From positions 32,001 to 96,000 of the forward strand of contig JBMFNR010000004.1 of NCBI GenBank assembly GCA_049970055.1: a stretch of 64,000 bases of DNA, in the 5' to 3' direction. The translations under genes were made by a program, and so were the position numbers. This DNA comes from Fervidobacterium sp. (GTDB taxonomy: Bacteria > Thermotogota > Thermotogae > Thermotogales > Fervidobacteriaceae). This document shows, in pieces, positions 52,583-62,232 of the stretch. Every line of letters starts with the position of its first letter. Position 1 is the first letter of the stretch. Under the pieces are notes generated by a model. It saw only the letters and a program-made list of their open reading frames with translations, was not told where the DNA came from and ran no database searches.

Positions 52583-53176
52583 TTATTGTACTCTTATCAT
52601 TCCTGCGAAACCTATGAATGCCATTGCCATTATGCCTATCGTAATAAGTGTTATTCCAATTCCTTTTAGTGGAGCGGGAACAGGTGCACTTTCCGTTTTC
52701 TTTCTGATTGCCGCAAGTAAGACAATAGCAAGCCACCAGCCCATACCACTACCAAGACCAAAGAAAATGGCTTGCACGAATGAATAATTCCGAAGTTGCA
52801 TAAATAAAGCTACGCCAAGAATTGCACAGTTGACAGTTATCAGTGGAAGAAATATACCAAGTACCATGTACAAGTTAGGAGATACCCTGTCGATAATCAT
52901 TTCAAGTACTTGAACAACAGCTGCGATAATTATTATATAGAGTATATATCTCAGATATCCTAAATCGAGAGGTGTTATTAGGTACTTCTCTATAATCCAA
53001 TTTATTGCTGCTGTGATTGTCATTACAAGTGTTACTGCAAGTCCAAGCCCATTTGATGATTTTATATCCTTAGAGATGGATATAAAAGAGCACATTCCAA
53101 GAAAGTTTGTGAGTAGTATATTGCTTGTTAATATAGATGCAAAGAAGAGTACAAAGGGATTTATATCGGGTACCAT
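52583..53176 (-). CDS. nqrE: Na+-NQR subunit E (RnfA family)
   Basis: FLGMCSF and FLPLITVNCAILG motifs. Confidence 0.85.
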   Translation of the reverse strand: MVPDINPFVLFFASILTSNILLTNFLGMCSFISISKDIKSSNGLGLAVTLVMTITAAINWIIEKYLITPLDLGYLRYILYIIIIAAVVQVLEMIIDRVSPNLYMVLGIFLPLITVNCAILGVALFMQLRNYSFVQAIFFGLGSGMGWWLAIVLLAAIRKKTESAPVPAPLKGIGITLITIGIMAMAFIGFAGMIRVQ

Positions 53177-53201
53177 GCTATTTCACCTCCAAACTGGGTT
53201 T

Positions 53202-53816
53202 TCATGCCTTTGTATCTTTCTTCATCTGGAAACCTCTTACAATCCAAATGAAAGATGCAAGAACAAAGAATGCACTTGGGGGCATGACCATAATAGTCCA
53301 TGCAGGAACTGAAGTTGGTAAGACCCTAAAACCCAAGATCGTACCGAAACCGAGAAGTTCTCTAAAAAATGCTACAACGACCAAGACTAGCATATATCCC
53401 AATCCTGCGGTAAACCCATCCCAAAAAGAGATAACGGGCTTATTTGCTTGAGCAAAAGCTTCTGCACGCCCCATTATGATACAGTTTGTTATTATAAGTC
53501 CAACGTACGGTCCAAGTGCCTTACTAACATCTGGAACGTAGGCACGCAAAATGATATCTACGATAATGACGTAAAATGAAATGACAAGTACCTGGGTAAT
53601 CATTCTAACTTTTCTTGGAATTACGTTCCTCAAAGCAGAAATCGTAAAATTGGAAAGTGCAGTTACGAGTGTCACACCTACCGTCATTATCAATGTGTTT
53701 CTAAGATTGTTTGTAACAGCCAACGTAGAGCATATGCCCAGTATTTGAACAATCACAGGATTTTCTAGCCAAAGATTGTTTTTCCATATCTTCTTGTAAT
53801 CAGAAGTGTTACTCAT
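53202..53816 (-). CDS. nqrD: Na+-NQR subunit D (RnfE family)
   Basis: QILGICSTLAVT and GLIITNCIIMGRAEAFA motifs. Confidence 0.88.
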   Translation of the reverse strand: MSNTSDYKKIWKNNLWLENPVIVQILGICSTLAVTNNLRNTLIMTVGVTLVTALSNFTISALRNVIPRKVRMITQVLVISFYVIIVDIILRAYVPDVSKALGPYVGLIITNCIIMGRAEAFAQANKPVISFWDGFTAGLGYMLVLVVVAFFRELLGFGTILGFRVLPTSVPAWTIMVMPPSAFFVLASFIWIVRGFQMKKDTKA

Positions 53817-53817
53817 A

Positions 53818-54426
53818 TCACTTCACCCCCACTAACTGTTTTAAAACCGGTACGTATGTTTGTATTATTTTTTCTATCGATTTCGACGTGAGAGTAGCCC
53901 CCGTTATTGCATCGACCATACCGTCGTCCTTTGAATTTGGTACCTTTGTTGTGGAAACAATAATTTTGTTGTCCTTTATTGCTTCCGCCCTAAACTGGTC
54001 TTTAAACCAACTTTCTTCAATGCGTCCTCCCAAACCTGGTGTTTCACTTTGAGAGATAAAGTCAATCCCAATAACCCTCGAAACATCACTATTCACGGCG
54101 AGAATTCCTGAAATATTTCCCCACAGACCACTACCGTTGAAAAGTATTCCATAAACGTCCTCATTATTTACTTTAGCTTTGTAAAATTCATAGTCACCCT
54201 TTTTCTCCACAGACACATACTCTTTGAACTTTGTGATTGCTTCTTCATCTGTTGTATGGGGAATCCCAAAAGCGTTCAAGACTGCTCTGATTTTGAATAT
54301 TTCTTGGTTTTTCTTCACCATACTTGATGTCATGGTGTTGAGTAAGGATAGTACAAAAACGAATACGAAGGTAATCACTAGCGTAAATACAATCGTGTAA
54401 AGTTTGCTTTCTCTATCTAACTTCAT
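53818..54426 (-). CDS. nqrC: Na+-NQR subunit C (FMN-binding)
   Basis: GSGLWG, ETPGLGG and DAITGATLTS (flavinylation) motifs. Confidence 0.85.
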   Translation of the reverse strand: MKLDRESKLYTIVFTLVITFVFVFVLSLLNTMTSSMVKKNQEIFKIRAVLNAFGIPHTTDEEAITKFKEYVSVEKKGDYEFYKAKVNNEDVYGILFNGSGLWGNISGILAVNSDVSRVIGIDFISQSETPGLGGRIEESWFKDQFRAEAIKDNKIIVSTTKVPNSKDDGMVDAITGATLTSKSIEKIIQTYVPVLKQLVGVK

Positions 54427-55361
54427 GCTTCCACCTTCTTCACGGTATTTTTTGCAGCAGAAGGTTTCTTTTTGTCTGAAATAAGTTCATCCAACAGTGG
54501 TGCGAAAAGATTACCCATGAGTATTGCAAAACTCCAGCCTTCTGAAAAGAGTGAAAAAGTCCTAATAACAACCCCCGTGACACCTATTATAACCCCATAA
54601 ATCCACTGCGATCGGCCTTTTTTTGGTGCTGTAATGGGTTCTGTTGCCATGAAAACTGATACGAAAACCAAGCTCCCAGAAAGCAAGGCAGGCAACGTGG
54701 GAAGTGCTTTGGGGACATTTAGTACGTCAAGTATAAAAGTTAAAAGTGCTGCCGAAATGTACGTGGAAACCATAAGTCGCCAGCTTGCCGTTTTCGACAA
54801 TATCAAATAAATTGCAGCAGCAATGATTATTAGTATAGGGGCTTCGCCAAGAGTTCCAGCCCTCCAACCAACTAATAGATTACCGATACTAACACTTTCA
54901 CCTTGTCTCATTAACACAAGAGGTGTTGCTGAAGTCATTGCATCTAAACCCAAAATCGAAGGTTTAACCCACCCCATTGTCATGTAATTTGGGAACGTAA
55001 TGTAAACAAATAACCTTCCAACGATGGCTGGATTAAAAACGTTCCTACCGAAACCTCCATAGACTTCTTTACCAAACGCAATACCAAATGCTATTCCTAT
55101 CATTGCAACCCAAAATGGAACGTTTGGTGGTAGTGAAAGTAAGAACAACATACAACTCACAAGCACAGCCTCAGTTACTGGTTTTTTTCTTTGTTTCTCG
55201 AAAAGATATTCAACAAAAATTCCAGTTACAAAAACCCATATTCCAAGCCAAATGGCACGAATACCGTAGGCAAGCACTGAAAATGCGTACACAAAAAGCA
55301 AAACCCATAACATTTTCCTCATCATGGGTTGCTTTTGAAAGAATTTTGAGATCCTATCCAT
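54423..55361 (-). CDS. nqrB: Na+-NQR subunit B (short, RnfD family)
   Basis: KEVYGGFGRNVFNPA, DAMTSATPL (FMN Thr) and FMATEP motifs. Confidence 0.82.
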   Translation of the reverse strand: MDRISKFFQKQPMMRKMLWVLLFVYAFSVLAYGIRAIWLGIWVFVTGIFVEYLFEKQRKKPVTEAVLVSCMLFLLSLPPNVPFWVAMIGIAFGIAFGKEVYGGFGRNVFNPAIVGRLFVYITFPNYMTMGWVKPSILGLDAMTSATPLVLMRQGESVSIGNLLVGWRAGTLGEAPILIIIAAAIYLILSKTASWRLMVSTYISAALLTFILDVLNVPKALPTLPALLSGSLVFVSVFMATEPITAPKKGRSQWIYGVIIGVTGVVIRTFSLFSEGWSFAILMGNLFAPLLDELISDKKKPSAAKNTVKKVEA

Positions 55362-55454
55362 GCCTCATCCTCCCCTCACACAATTTCAACAAGCATTTTA
55401 ATTATACCTCGTACATTATTATATCACGTTTGCCTTAAATTTTCCAAACTAAAG

Positions 55455-55483
55455 AAAATCCCCCGTATTTTCCGGGGAATTTT
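55455..55483 (-). terminator. Terminator after sugar ABC operon
   Basis: Imperfect inverted repeat AAAATCCCCCG-TATTTT-CCGGGGAATTTT. Confidence 0.55.
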
Positions 55484-55524
55484 TGAGATTAAAAATATTT
55501 AATGAGAATATGATATTATCTTTT

Positions 55525-56367
55525 TCAACCCTTTACGCTACCCATTGTAAGTCCTTGGATGAAGTATTTTTGGAACAGTATAAACACGATGATAGGAACA
55601 ATAGCAGCTATTAGAGATCCTGCGGCAATTATGTTCCAACTAGTGATCCATTGTCCCTGCAAAGATGTTAAGCCTATTGTAACGGTCTTTTTTGCATCGC
55701 TTTGTAATAATATCAGGGACCAAAGATAATCATTCCAAATCCAGGTGAACTCTAGAATAGCGAGTGCGGCAATAGCAGGTTTAAGAAGTGGAAGAATAAT
55801 TCTCCAGTAAATTGTAAAATCATTTGCACCATCTATTTTAGCGGCTTCAAACAAACTTGTTGGGATGGTTACCATGAAATTTCTCAAAAAGAACGTGCAA
55901 AAACCAATTTGGAAAGCTATGTGAAATAATATTACACCAGTAAGTGTATCGTACAACCCAGTTTTGAATGAAAACGCGTAAACGGGTATAAGCAACATTT
56001 GAAAGGGGATCAACATGCCAGTTACGAAAAGAATAATTAGGAATTTTTTAAGTTTAAATTCGTACCAAGAAAGAGCAAATGCCGAAAGACTTGATAAAAA
56101 CAAAGCGCCGAGAGTAGAAATAGTAGCAACAAATAATGTATTAGCAAAATATCTTGCCATGTGACTCTCAATCCAAGCAATTTTGAAGTTTTCAAAGTGC
56201 CATTTTGTTGGAGGAGTTAGCACGTTTGGATTCATGAAAATATCATCCATACTCTTAAAAGATGTAAATAAAGTTATCACAAAAGGAGTCATCCAAACTG
56301 TAACTATAATAGTAGATAGTATGTAAAAGCTAAAAGCCTTAGCAATTTTGTGTTTTTTGATATTCAT
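55525..56367 (-). CDS. Carbohydrate ABC transporter permease (MalG-like)
   Basis: EAAKIDGA and WNDYLW motifs. Confidence 0.92.
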   Translation of the reverse strand: MNIKKHKIAKAFSFYILSTIIVTVWMTPFVITLFTSFKSMDDIFMNPNVLTPPTKWHFENFKIAWIESHMARYFANTLFVATISTLGALFLSSLSAFALSWYEFKLKKFLIILFVTGMLIPFQMLLIPVYAFSFKTGLYDTLTGVILFHIAFQIGFCTFFLRNFMVTIPTSLFEAAKIDGANDFTIYWRIILPLLKPAIAALAILEFTWIWNDYLWSLILLQSDAKKTVTIGLTSLQGQWITSWNIIAAGSLIAAIVPIIVFILFQKYFIQGLTMGSVKG

Positions 56368-57239
56368 TCTCTTTCCTCCTTTTTTAGGACGTTAATTAGA
56401 TAAGATATAATGAAAGTAAGAGTTATCATAAACTGAACAACGGCTATCGCAGATCCGTAACCCATTCTGTAGTTATTGAACGCTTGGACATACATGTAAT
56501 TTGCCATTACGCTTGACGAATAGAACGGGCCCCCTCGTGTCATAACAAAAACTATATCAAATGCTCTCAACGAGTCTATTATGTTCACAGTGAGCGCAAC
56601 TACCATAGCAGGTTTCAACTCGGGCAATATCACATACCAAAATCTTTGTAATGAGTTAGCTCCATCAATGTAAGCGGCTTCCATATGTTCATTTGAAACA
56701 CCTTGTAATCCAGCAAGGAATAATATCATCGCATAAGCAATTTGTCGCCAAAGCGCTGCTGTGATGATTGAAAATGTTACTATGTTTGGGTCACTTAACC
56801 AAGGTTTTGCAAGATTTCCGAAACCAACTGTTTTTAGAAACATATTTAAGGCTCCATTACGTGGTTCTAATATCCAAGACCAAATCTGGCCAATAACAAC
56901 AAATGATAATGTCATTGGTAGGTAAACGAGCGATTTATATATCTTGTGCCCGAGATATTTCTGATCCATAAGCATAGCAAACCCAAGCCCTAAAGGTATA
57001 GAGATAAGAACAAATCCAATCATCCAATATACGTTGTTTTTCAAAGATAGTAAAAAATAGTGATCCTGAAAAAGTTCTTTGTAATTTTCAAAGCCAACAA
57101 AATCGAATTTTGGGGATATGCTATCCCAATTTGTGAAACTATAAAAAAACGTCTGGAAGATTGGGATTATAACCCAGACAACGTAAAAAACCAAAGGAAT
57201 AGATAAAAAAGCATAAGGTATCCACCATTTCCTTTTCAT
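56364..57239 (-). CDS. Carbohydrate ABC transporter permease (MalF-like)
   Basis: FVGFENY, EAAYIDGA and MTRGGP motifs. Start ATG 57239. Confidence 0.92.
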   Translation of the reverse strand: MKRKWWIPYAFLSIPLVFYVVWVIIPIFQTFFYSFTNWDSISPKFDFVGFENYKELFQDHYFLLSLKNNVYWMIGFVLISIPLGLGFAMLMDQKYLGHKIYKSLVYLPMTLSFVVIGQIWSWILEPRNGALNMFLKTVGFGNLAKPWLSDPNIVTFSIITAALWRQIAYAMILFLAGLQGVSNEHMEAAYIDGANSLQRFWYVILPELKPAMVVALTVNIIDSLRAFDIVFVMTRGGPFYSSSVMANYMYVQAFNNYRMGYGSAIAVVQFMITLTFIISYLINVLKKEERE

Positions 57240-57276
57240 TGTGATGCCTCCTAAAATTTTATTACTATTTACTACT

Positions 57277-57310
57277 TTTGAGCAAAGCCCGGGGTCCCCC
57301 GGGCTCAAAA
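57277..57310 (-). other. Intergenic stem-loop after the binding-protein gene (mRNA stabiliser or partial terminator)
   Basis: AGCCCGGGG-TC-CCCCGGGCT with flanking TTTTGAGC/GCTCAAAA. Confidence 0.65.
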
Positions 57311-57319
57311 GTGAAGAGA

Positions 57320-58546
57320 TTATTTAACTCCGTAAATTTTCTTTCTTGAGCTTTCAAGATTTTGGAGGATCTTTGTCACATCATTCGGCCTTGTTAAAAA
57401 CTCAACCATAGCGTTCATACCAACTGTAGCCATTTCTGGATTCGTATCTCTATCATAAAATTGAGAAACACCAGCTGACTGTAGAATCATTTGAAAACCT
57501 TTCTTGGCATGGTCATCTGGCGGTGTGACCTTGACATTGGCAGCAAGCCTTCCAAGATCAGTTGCAAACTTTCTTTGTGCTTCTTCGGAAGCTATAAATT
57601 TAAGAAATTCTATGGCACCTTTTTTGTTTTTTGCATTTGCAGGCATCATAAAACCATCGATTGGTGTCTCCTCATAAAGTGGTACCTTCGAATCTATAAC
57701 GGGGAATCTGAAGAAGTCAAGGTCGCTTTTAATATTTTCGGGTGCTACATCTTTTATAAATTGCCCCATGTAGTACATTCCAGCTTCTCCTCTGAAGAGG
57801 AATTGAGCAGCTTCTTGCCATTCGTACGATGTATGATTTGCAAGTAAGTACCCTCTCTCAACTATCTGTTTCCAATAGTTAAATACTCTTAGCACCCCAG
57901 CGTCTGTGTAAGGTATTTCGCCATTTGTTAGCTTGATATGATAATTAAGACCATTTATCCTCAGATTAAGTATGTCAAACCAACCAGCAGCTGTCCATGG
58001 GAATTTAGTGCCAATTGCAATTGGCGTTATCCCATTCTTTTTGAGTGTATCGCATACCTTTAAAAACTCATCCCACGTTTTCGGTTCCTTAAGTCCATAC
58101 TTTTGGAAGACAGATTTTCTATAGTACACACCCCACCAATACCAGCTTTGTGGAACAAAATAAACTTTACCTTTATATGAACATGCTTCTTCAAAAGAAG
58201 CTGGGAAAAGATCAGAGAACTTTCCACCAGCAAAGATATCGGAAACGGGTGCAATCAAACCTTTTTCAGCAAAATATCTCATACGTTCACCTGCAAACCA
58301 AGTAACCACATCTGGTCCTTCGGGAGCTGCAAGCCAAGTTCTTAACAGAGTCTTAAAATCCTCATGTGCAAAGGTATTAACTACAACTTCGTAGTTTGGG
58401 TACTTCTCTTCAAACATCTTCACAAGTTCTGCAAATGTTTTCCTTGGAGCAGGATCACTCATGTAACTGTTGATAACAATCTTTTCCTTTGCAAATACCG
58501 AAACCACTACCAAAAGTACCAAGAGAGTAAAAATAAACTTCCTCAT
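57320..58546 (-). CDS. Carbohydrate ABC transporter substrate-binding protein
   Basis: Signal peptide; family-1 SBP pattern YYRKSVFQKYGLKEPKTWDEF; precedes two permeases. Confidence 0.9.
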   Translation of the reverse strand: MRKFIFTLLVLLVVVSVFAKEKIVINSYMSDPAPRKTFAELVKMFEEKYPNYEVVVNTFAHEDFKTLLRTWLAAPEGPDVVTWFAGERMRYFAEKGLIAPVSDIFAGGKFSDLFPASFEEACSYKGKVYFVPQSWYWWGVYYRKSVFQKYGLKEPKTWDEFLKVCDTLKKNGITPIAIGTKFPWTAAGWFDILNLRINGLNYHIKLTNGEIPYTDAGVLRVFNYWKQIVERGYLLANHTSYEWQEAAQFLFRGEAGMYYMGQFIKDVAPENIKSDLDFFRFPVIDSKVPLYEETPIDGFMMPANAKNKKGAIEFLKFIASEEAQRKFATDLGRLAANVKVTPPDDHAKKGFQMILQSAGVSQFYDRDTNPEMATVGMNAMVEFLTRPNDVTKILQNLESSRKKIYGVK

Positions 58547-58581
58547 CTTAAATCCCTCCCTTTAGAAAGTGTTATAAATAT

Positions 58582-58595
58582 CGTTACCGGTAACG
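58582..58595. promoter_or_regulatory. Perfect palindrome, LacI-family operator candidate
   Basis: CGTTACCGGTAACG ~35 bp upstream of the SBP start. Confidence 0.7.
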
Positions 58596-58807
58596 TAGTC
58601 AAAAAGACTGCATTTTATTCTATCAAATTAAATTAATTTCAACCAAATACTGGATACTTGCCTTTTCTAGATTGATTTACGATTTGTTGTCGTTTTTCTG
58701 TAAAATTCAAACTAAAATTCTATTTTTCACTGACTTTCTTAAATTCTTTGGGGAATAGTTAACTGGACTAAGTAAATAAGAATAGACAAATTCTAGCTGA
58801 TTTTAAG

Positions 58808-58842
58808 AGAGTATGATATAATACATACAGAGTATGATATAA
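58808..58842 (+). repeat. 14-bp direct repeat overlapping a promoter
   Basis: AGAGTATGATATAA at 58808 and 58829 (21-bp period); the first copy contains TGATATAAT. Confidence 0.8.
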
Positions 58843-58862
58843 GAAAACAGTGAGGTGGAATC

Positions 58863-59747
58863 ATGAAGTGGAAACTAGCATTGTTTTTTGCCTTTTTAAG
58901 TGTGGTGAATTTTTTAAATTCTATATCTTTTGCTGGTTATCTGGATTCTTTCTTTCAGATTAACAAATTCTCAGGCGAGTATCGGTTGATTTCAACAATT
59001 ACACTTGAAAAAACACAAGGCTGGGTTTCGGTAGAGGGTGTCGTCTATGACCTTGGTCAGACATCATTGAGGAAGCACGTAAAGGTTTCTGAAGTTGATT
59101 CTAAATTGCTTACAAAAGATAGGCTTATAGGATACTTGGCAATTACTTACAGCGAACTTTCTAAGATGAATGGAAAAAATTTACCAACGATGGTCAGTGT
59201 TAATGGTATTGTATACGACTTATCTTCTTCGAAATCTTGGTTAACAGGTATCCATAAAAATCAGCATACTGCTGGTCAAGATTTAACTTACGATATTCTG
59301 AAACTGTCACCGCACGGTATATCTAAGATTAAGAACTTTCCAAGTTATGGGGTGCTTGTATTTACTCCAAGCGAGCTTTCAAGGTTCGATGGAAAAAAAG
59401 AAAAGAAAGTCTATGTGTCTGTATACGGGATAATTTACGATGCTACATATTCAAAAAAATTTATAGATGGCGAACACTACGGTCATGATATGGGAGTAGA
59501 CTTAACAAGTGAAATACTTTCATTGCCAGGTCATGTAAATTTACTCACCAAATTGTATTCAATAGGACTTTTTGTTTTTGACGAAAGCACTATTACAAAG
59601 TACAATGGCAAAGATGACAAACCATTTGTTATTTCAGGTAGTAAAGTGTACGATATTTCTAAGAACGTACAAGGCGTTCAACCTGGAAAGATTTATGATG
59701 GTAATGTAAGAAAAGAGTGGTTGTTAGTAGGGTTTAGATTACACTGA
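58863..59747 (+). CDS. Exported protein with tandem cytochrome b5-like heme/steroid-binding domains
   Basis: Signal peptide; four repeats of VSVxGxVYD; repeats 2 and 3 keep HxxGxDLT and a distal His. Confidence 0.75.
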   Translation: MKWKLALFFAFLSVVNFLNSISFAGYLDSFFQINKFSGEYRLISTITLEKTQGWVSVEGVVYDLGQTSLRKHVKVSEVDSKLLTKDRLIGYLAITYSELSKMNGKNLPTMVSVNGIVYDLSSSKSWLTGIHKNQHTAGQDLTYDILKLSPHGISKIKNFPSYGVLVFTPSELSRFDGKKEKKVYVSVYGIIYDATYSKKFIDGEHYGHDMGVDLTSEILSLPGHVNLLTKLYSIGLFVFDESTITKYNGKDDKPFVISGSKVYDISKNVQGVQPGKIYDGNVRKEWLLVGFRLH

Positions 59748-59761
59748 GAGAGATGGCTTTT

Positions 59762-60144
59762 ATGGGACCGGATTTTTTCGAAGTTTTAGGAGGTATAAGT
59801 GCAATACTCCTAGTTTTTCAGATAGCACTCTTTGTTTTTAGAAGGATATATAAATACCTTCCAAGTAGACGAGTTTAATTGTTTTAATGAAACTTCTCAA
59901 AGCTATGCACGTTTATACAGGTATTTTATTGTTGGTTGTTAGCTTTATTCACGGTTATCTCGCACTTGGAAAAATTCAACTACATACCGGCTGGTTACTT
60001 TGGTTTGGGTTACTCTTTACTTTTATCGGATTTCTTTTCAAAAGTAAGATAGGAAAAAAATGGATTATTTTTCATCGCTTCCTTGGATTCATACTTGTAG
60101 GATTATTTTTCTTACACAAGTTTTTCCCGTGGATAATTAGCTAA
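59762..60144 (+). pseudogene. Small His-rich 4-TM membrane protein (cytochrome b-like), frameshifted
   Basis: ATG 59762 frame (MGPDFFEVLGGISAILLVFQIALFVFRRIYKYLPS) stops at 59876. Continuation is the frame of ORF 59887 (HVYTG, IHG, LHTG, FHR, FLH); shift at ~59868-59872. Confidence 0.65.
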
Positions 60145-60159
60145 TTTTTCAAGAATACT

Positions 60160-60192
60160 AAAAGCAACACCCAATGCAGGGTGTTGCTTTTT
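60160..60192 (+). terminator. Intrinsic terminator
   Basis: AAAAGCAACACCC-AATGCA-GGGTGTTGCTTTTT. Confidence 0.88.
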
Positions 60193-60292
60193 GCACTGTA
60201 CTTTTACCCAATAATGTGTTAGAATGGGATGGAGAAATTCGTAAATCCAATTGGAAACGGATCAGAAAACAGCTAGAAAGCGAGGTGTAACT

Positions 60293-60946
60293 ATGATTAA
60301 AGACGTTGAAAATCATGAGAGGTATACTATCGGCGAGGAAATAGCTAATTCGATTACACATGGTGTTGGAGCTGTTTTTGGTATTGCTGGTATGGTTATT
60401 TTAGTAATCTTTACCTCATTGAGTCATGATGTACTTAGAATTGTTTCGAGTGTTATTTACGGTCTGTCGTTGATACTGCTGTACGTTGTTTCCACTTTGT
60501 ACCATTCAATACAACATAGAAAAGCTAAGGAGGTTTTCGAAATACTCGACCATTCGGCGATATATCTACTTATCGCCGGAAGTTATACCCCTTTTACGCT
60601 CATTGCACTTAAAGGCAAAATTGGTTGGACAATGTTTGGCATAATTTGGGTACTGGCGTTGATTGGTATACTTTTTAAAGTCTTTTTTGTAAAAAAATTT
60701 TTGATAATTTCAACTGTGATATACATACTCCTTGGTTGGATGGTTGTTTTCGCGTTAAAACCTCTAATAGATTCGACCACGCAGCAAACTTTGGTGTTGC
60801 TTGTACTTGGTGGGATTTCTTACACACTTGGTTCCATCTTCTACGTGTGGAGAAAAATCAAATACGGACATATGATTTGGCATCTTTTCGTGTTGCTAGG
60901 GAGTTTTCTGCATTATTTTGCCATATTCAATGTAAGTGTTTATTAA
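60293..60946 (+). CDS. Hemolysin III / PAQR family membrane protein
   Basis: EEIANSITHG, STLYH, DHSAIYLLIAGSYTP and HMIWHLFV motifs. Confidence 0.93.
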   Translation: MIKDVENHERYTIGEEIANSITHGVGAVFGIAGMVILVIFTSLSHDVLRIVSSVIYGLSLILLYVVSTLYHSIQHRKAKEVFEILDHSAIYLLIAGSYTPFTLIALKGKIGWTMFGIIWVLALIGILFKVFFVKKFLIISTVIYILLGWMVVFALKPLIDSTTQQTLVLLVLGGISYTLGSIFYVWRKIKYGHMIWHLFVLLGSFLHYFAIFNVSVY

Positions 60947-60960
60947 ACATTCTCGTATTT

Positions 60961-61818
60961 TTAAATTTTTCTGCACATTTCGTACTGAGTAAAAACTTTT
61001 TCAAAACCTGAGTTTTCAAGTGCTGTGTGGAGATAATCATCCTCTGGAACGGAGACAACACTAATCAACGATGGATTTAATTCCTTGTATAAATAATCTA
61101 TCGCACAATTGCATACCATTTCCCAGTCCGTTATACTGTTTGACTTTACCGCTAAATCTACAATAAAAGCGGAATTATCCTCGTTTTTTCCCCATACAAG
61201 GTATCCTTCTGTGTTACCAACGTGGAACCTTGTAAAGTTATACCGCCCATCCGCGAGCAACAACGTGATAGGTTCCCTTTGCCAATTAACTTTTCTTTGA
61301 ATATCAATTTCGTTGTTAAGCGCAACTGAGTACACGTACTTGTTATCCGACGTAAATGTGGAATAGCGAATATTTTTTGGCTCTGGTTTTTTCAAAATAA
61401 ATGTATGCAACTCTCTATGTTTTCTAAATCCATTTTTGTCATAAAATCTAACTGCTCTTTCATCAGATGCAGCGACTTCAAGATACACCGTTTCGATATT
61501 TTTGTGTTTTAAATGATGGAACGTATGTTTAAGAATTCTTTCCGCGAGCCCTTTCCCTCTTTCACCTTCAACAACTCCCATGGCGTCAATCCGTGCTCTG
61601 TTACCTCTTATAGCAACGAGTATAAAACCAACCGGATTTTTGTCTTTTACAAAAATAAACGAATCGGTAAGAGATACAGAATTCTCCCTTGCATCCATTT
61701 TGAAACTTAAAACGTTCCAGTTTATTGGTAAAACGTAGTCTTTAAATATTTCATTGACTAACTCAACAAAATCTATCAGTGAATACTCAGAGAGTGTCAG
61801 AATCTTTTCTTCCATCAT
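60961..61818 (-). CDS. GNAT acetyltransferase (tandem GNAT fold)
   Basis: GVVEGERGKGLA, LEV and AVRFYDKNGF motifs. Confidence 0.85.
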   Translation of the reverse strand: MMEEKILTLSEYSLIDFVELVNEIFKDYVLPINWNVLSFKMDARENSVSLTDSFIFVKDKNPVGFILVAIRGNRARIDAMGVVEGERGKGLAERILKHTFHHLKHKNIETVYLEVAASDERAVRFYDKNGFRKHRELHTFILKKPEPKNIRYSTFTSDNKYVYSVALNNEIDIQRKVNWQREPITLLLADGRYNFTRFHVGNTEGYLVWGKNEDNSAFIVDLAVKSNSITDWEMVCNCAIDYLYKELNPSLISVVSVPEDDYLHTALENSGFEKVFTQYEMCRKI

Positions 61819-62179
61819 TGTCCCCCCTTAGAGTTTCTATAATTGCTCTTATTAAGTTTTCATCGGTCAGTCCTAAAGCGGAAACCTCATTCATACCAAC
61901 GGATTTTGAAAGCAAAGATTTTTCGCAAAGTTCTATATACTTAACGTTGTTGAGTTCACAGCGTATCTTTAAATCACGTTTTACTCTTGAACCAGCGTCT
62001 GTTGCAACAATGACTAATTTCTGACTTAGCCTAGGATCTTTTATGTACTCTCGTATCATATCTTTACCGTACACCAATTTATCAGACCTTGCAGCAAATC
62101 CTAAATAAGTGAGTACTTTTTGTAATTTATTTTCATTTATGCTCTTTGGGTTTGCACTCGAGTTTGTAGATGAATCCAT
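61787..62179 (-). CDS. L7Ae/L30e family RNA-binding protein
   Basis: LGFAARSDKLVYG, VIVATDA and LSKSVG motifs. Confidence 0.8.
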   Translation of the reverse strand: MDSSTNSSANPKSINENKLQKVLTYLGFAARSDKLVYGKDMIREYIKDPRLSQKLVIVATDAGSRVKRDLKIRCELNNVKYIELCEKSLLSKSVGMNEVSALGLTDENLIRAIIETLRGDNDGRKDSDTL

Positions 62180-62232
62180 AAAACCACTCCCAACATATTA
62201 CAAATTATACTTCTTTCAAGATATACTTCAGA

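Noticed and set aside
51443..55361. Calling the operon Rnf
   Set aside because: No RnfB or RnfC; gene order and an NqrF-type subunit fit Nqr.
60293..60946. Hemolysin III as a virulence toxin
   Set aside because: It belongs to the widespread PAQR membrane family and there is no toxin context.
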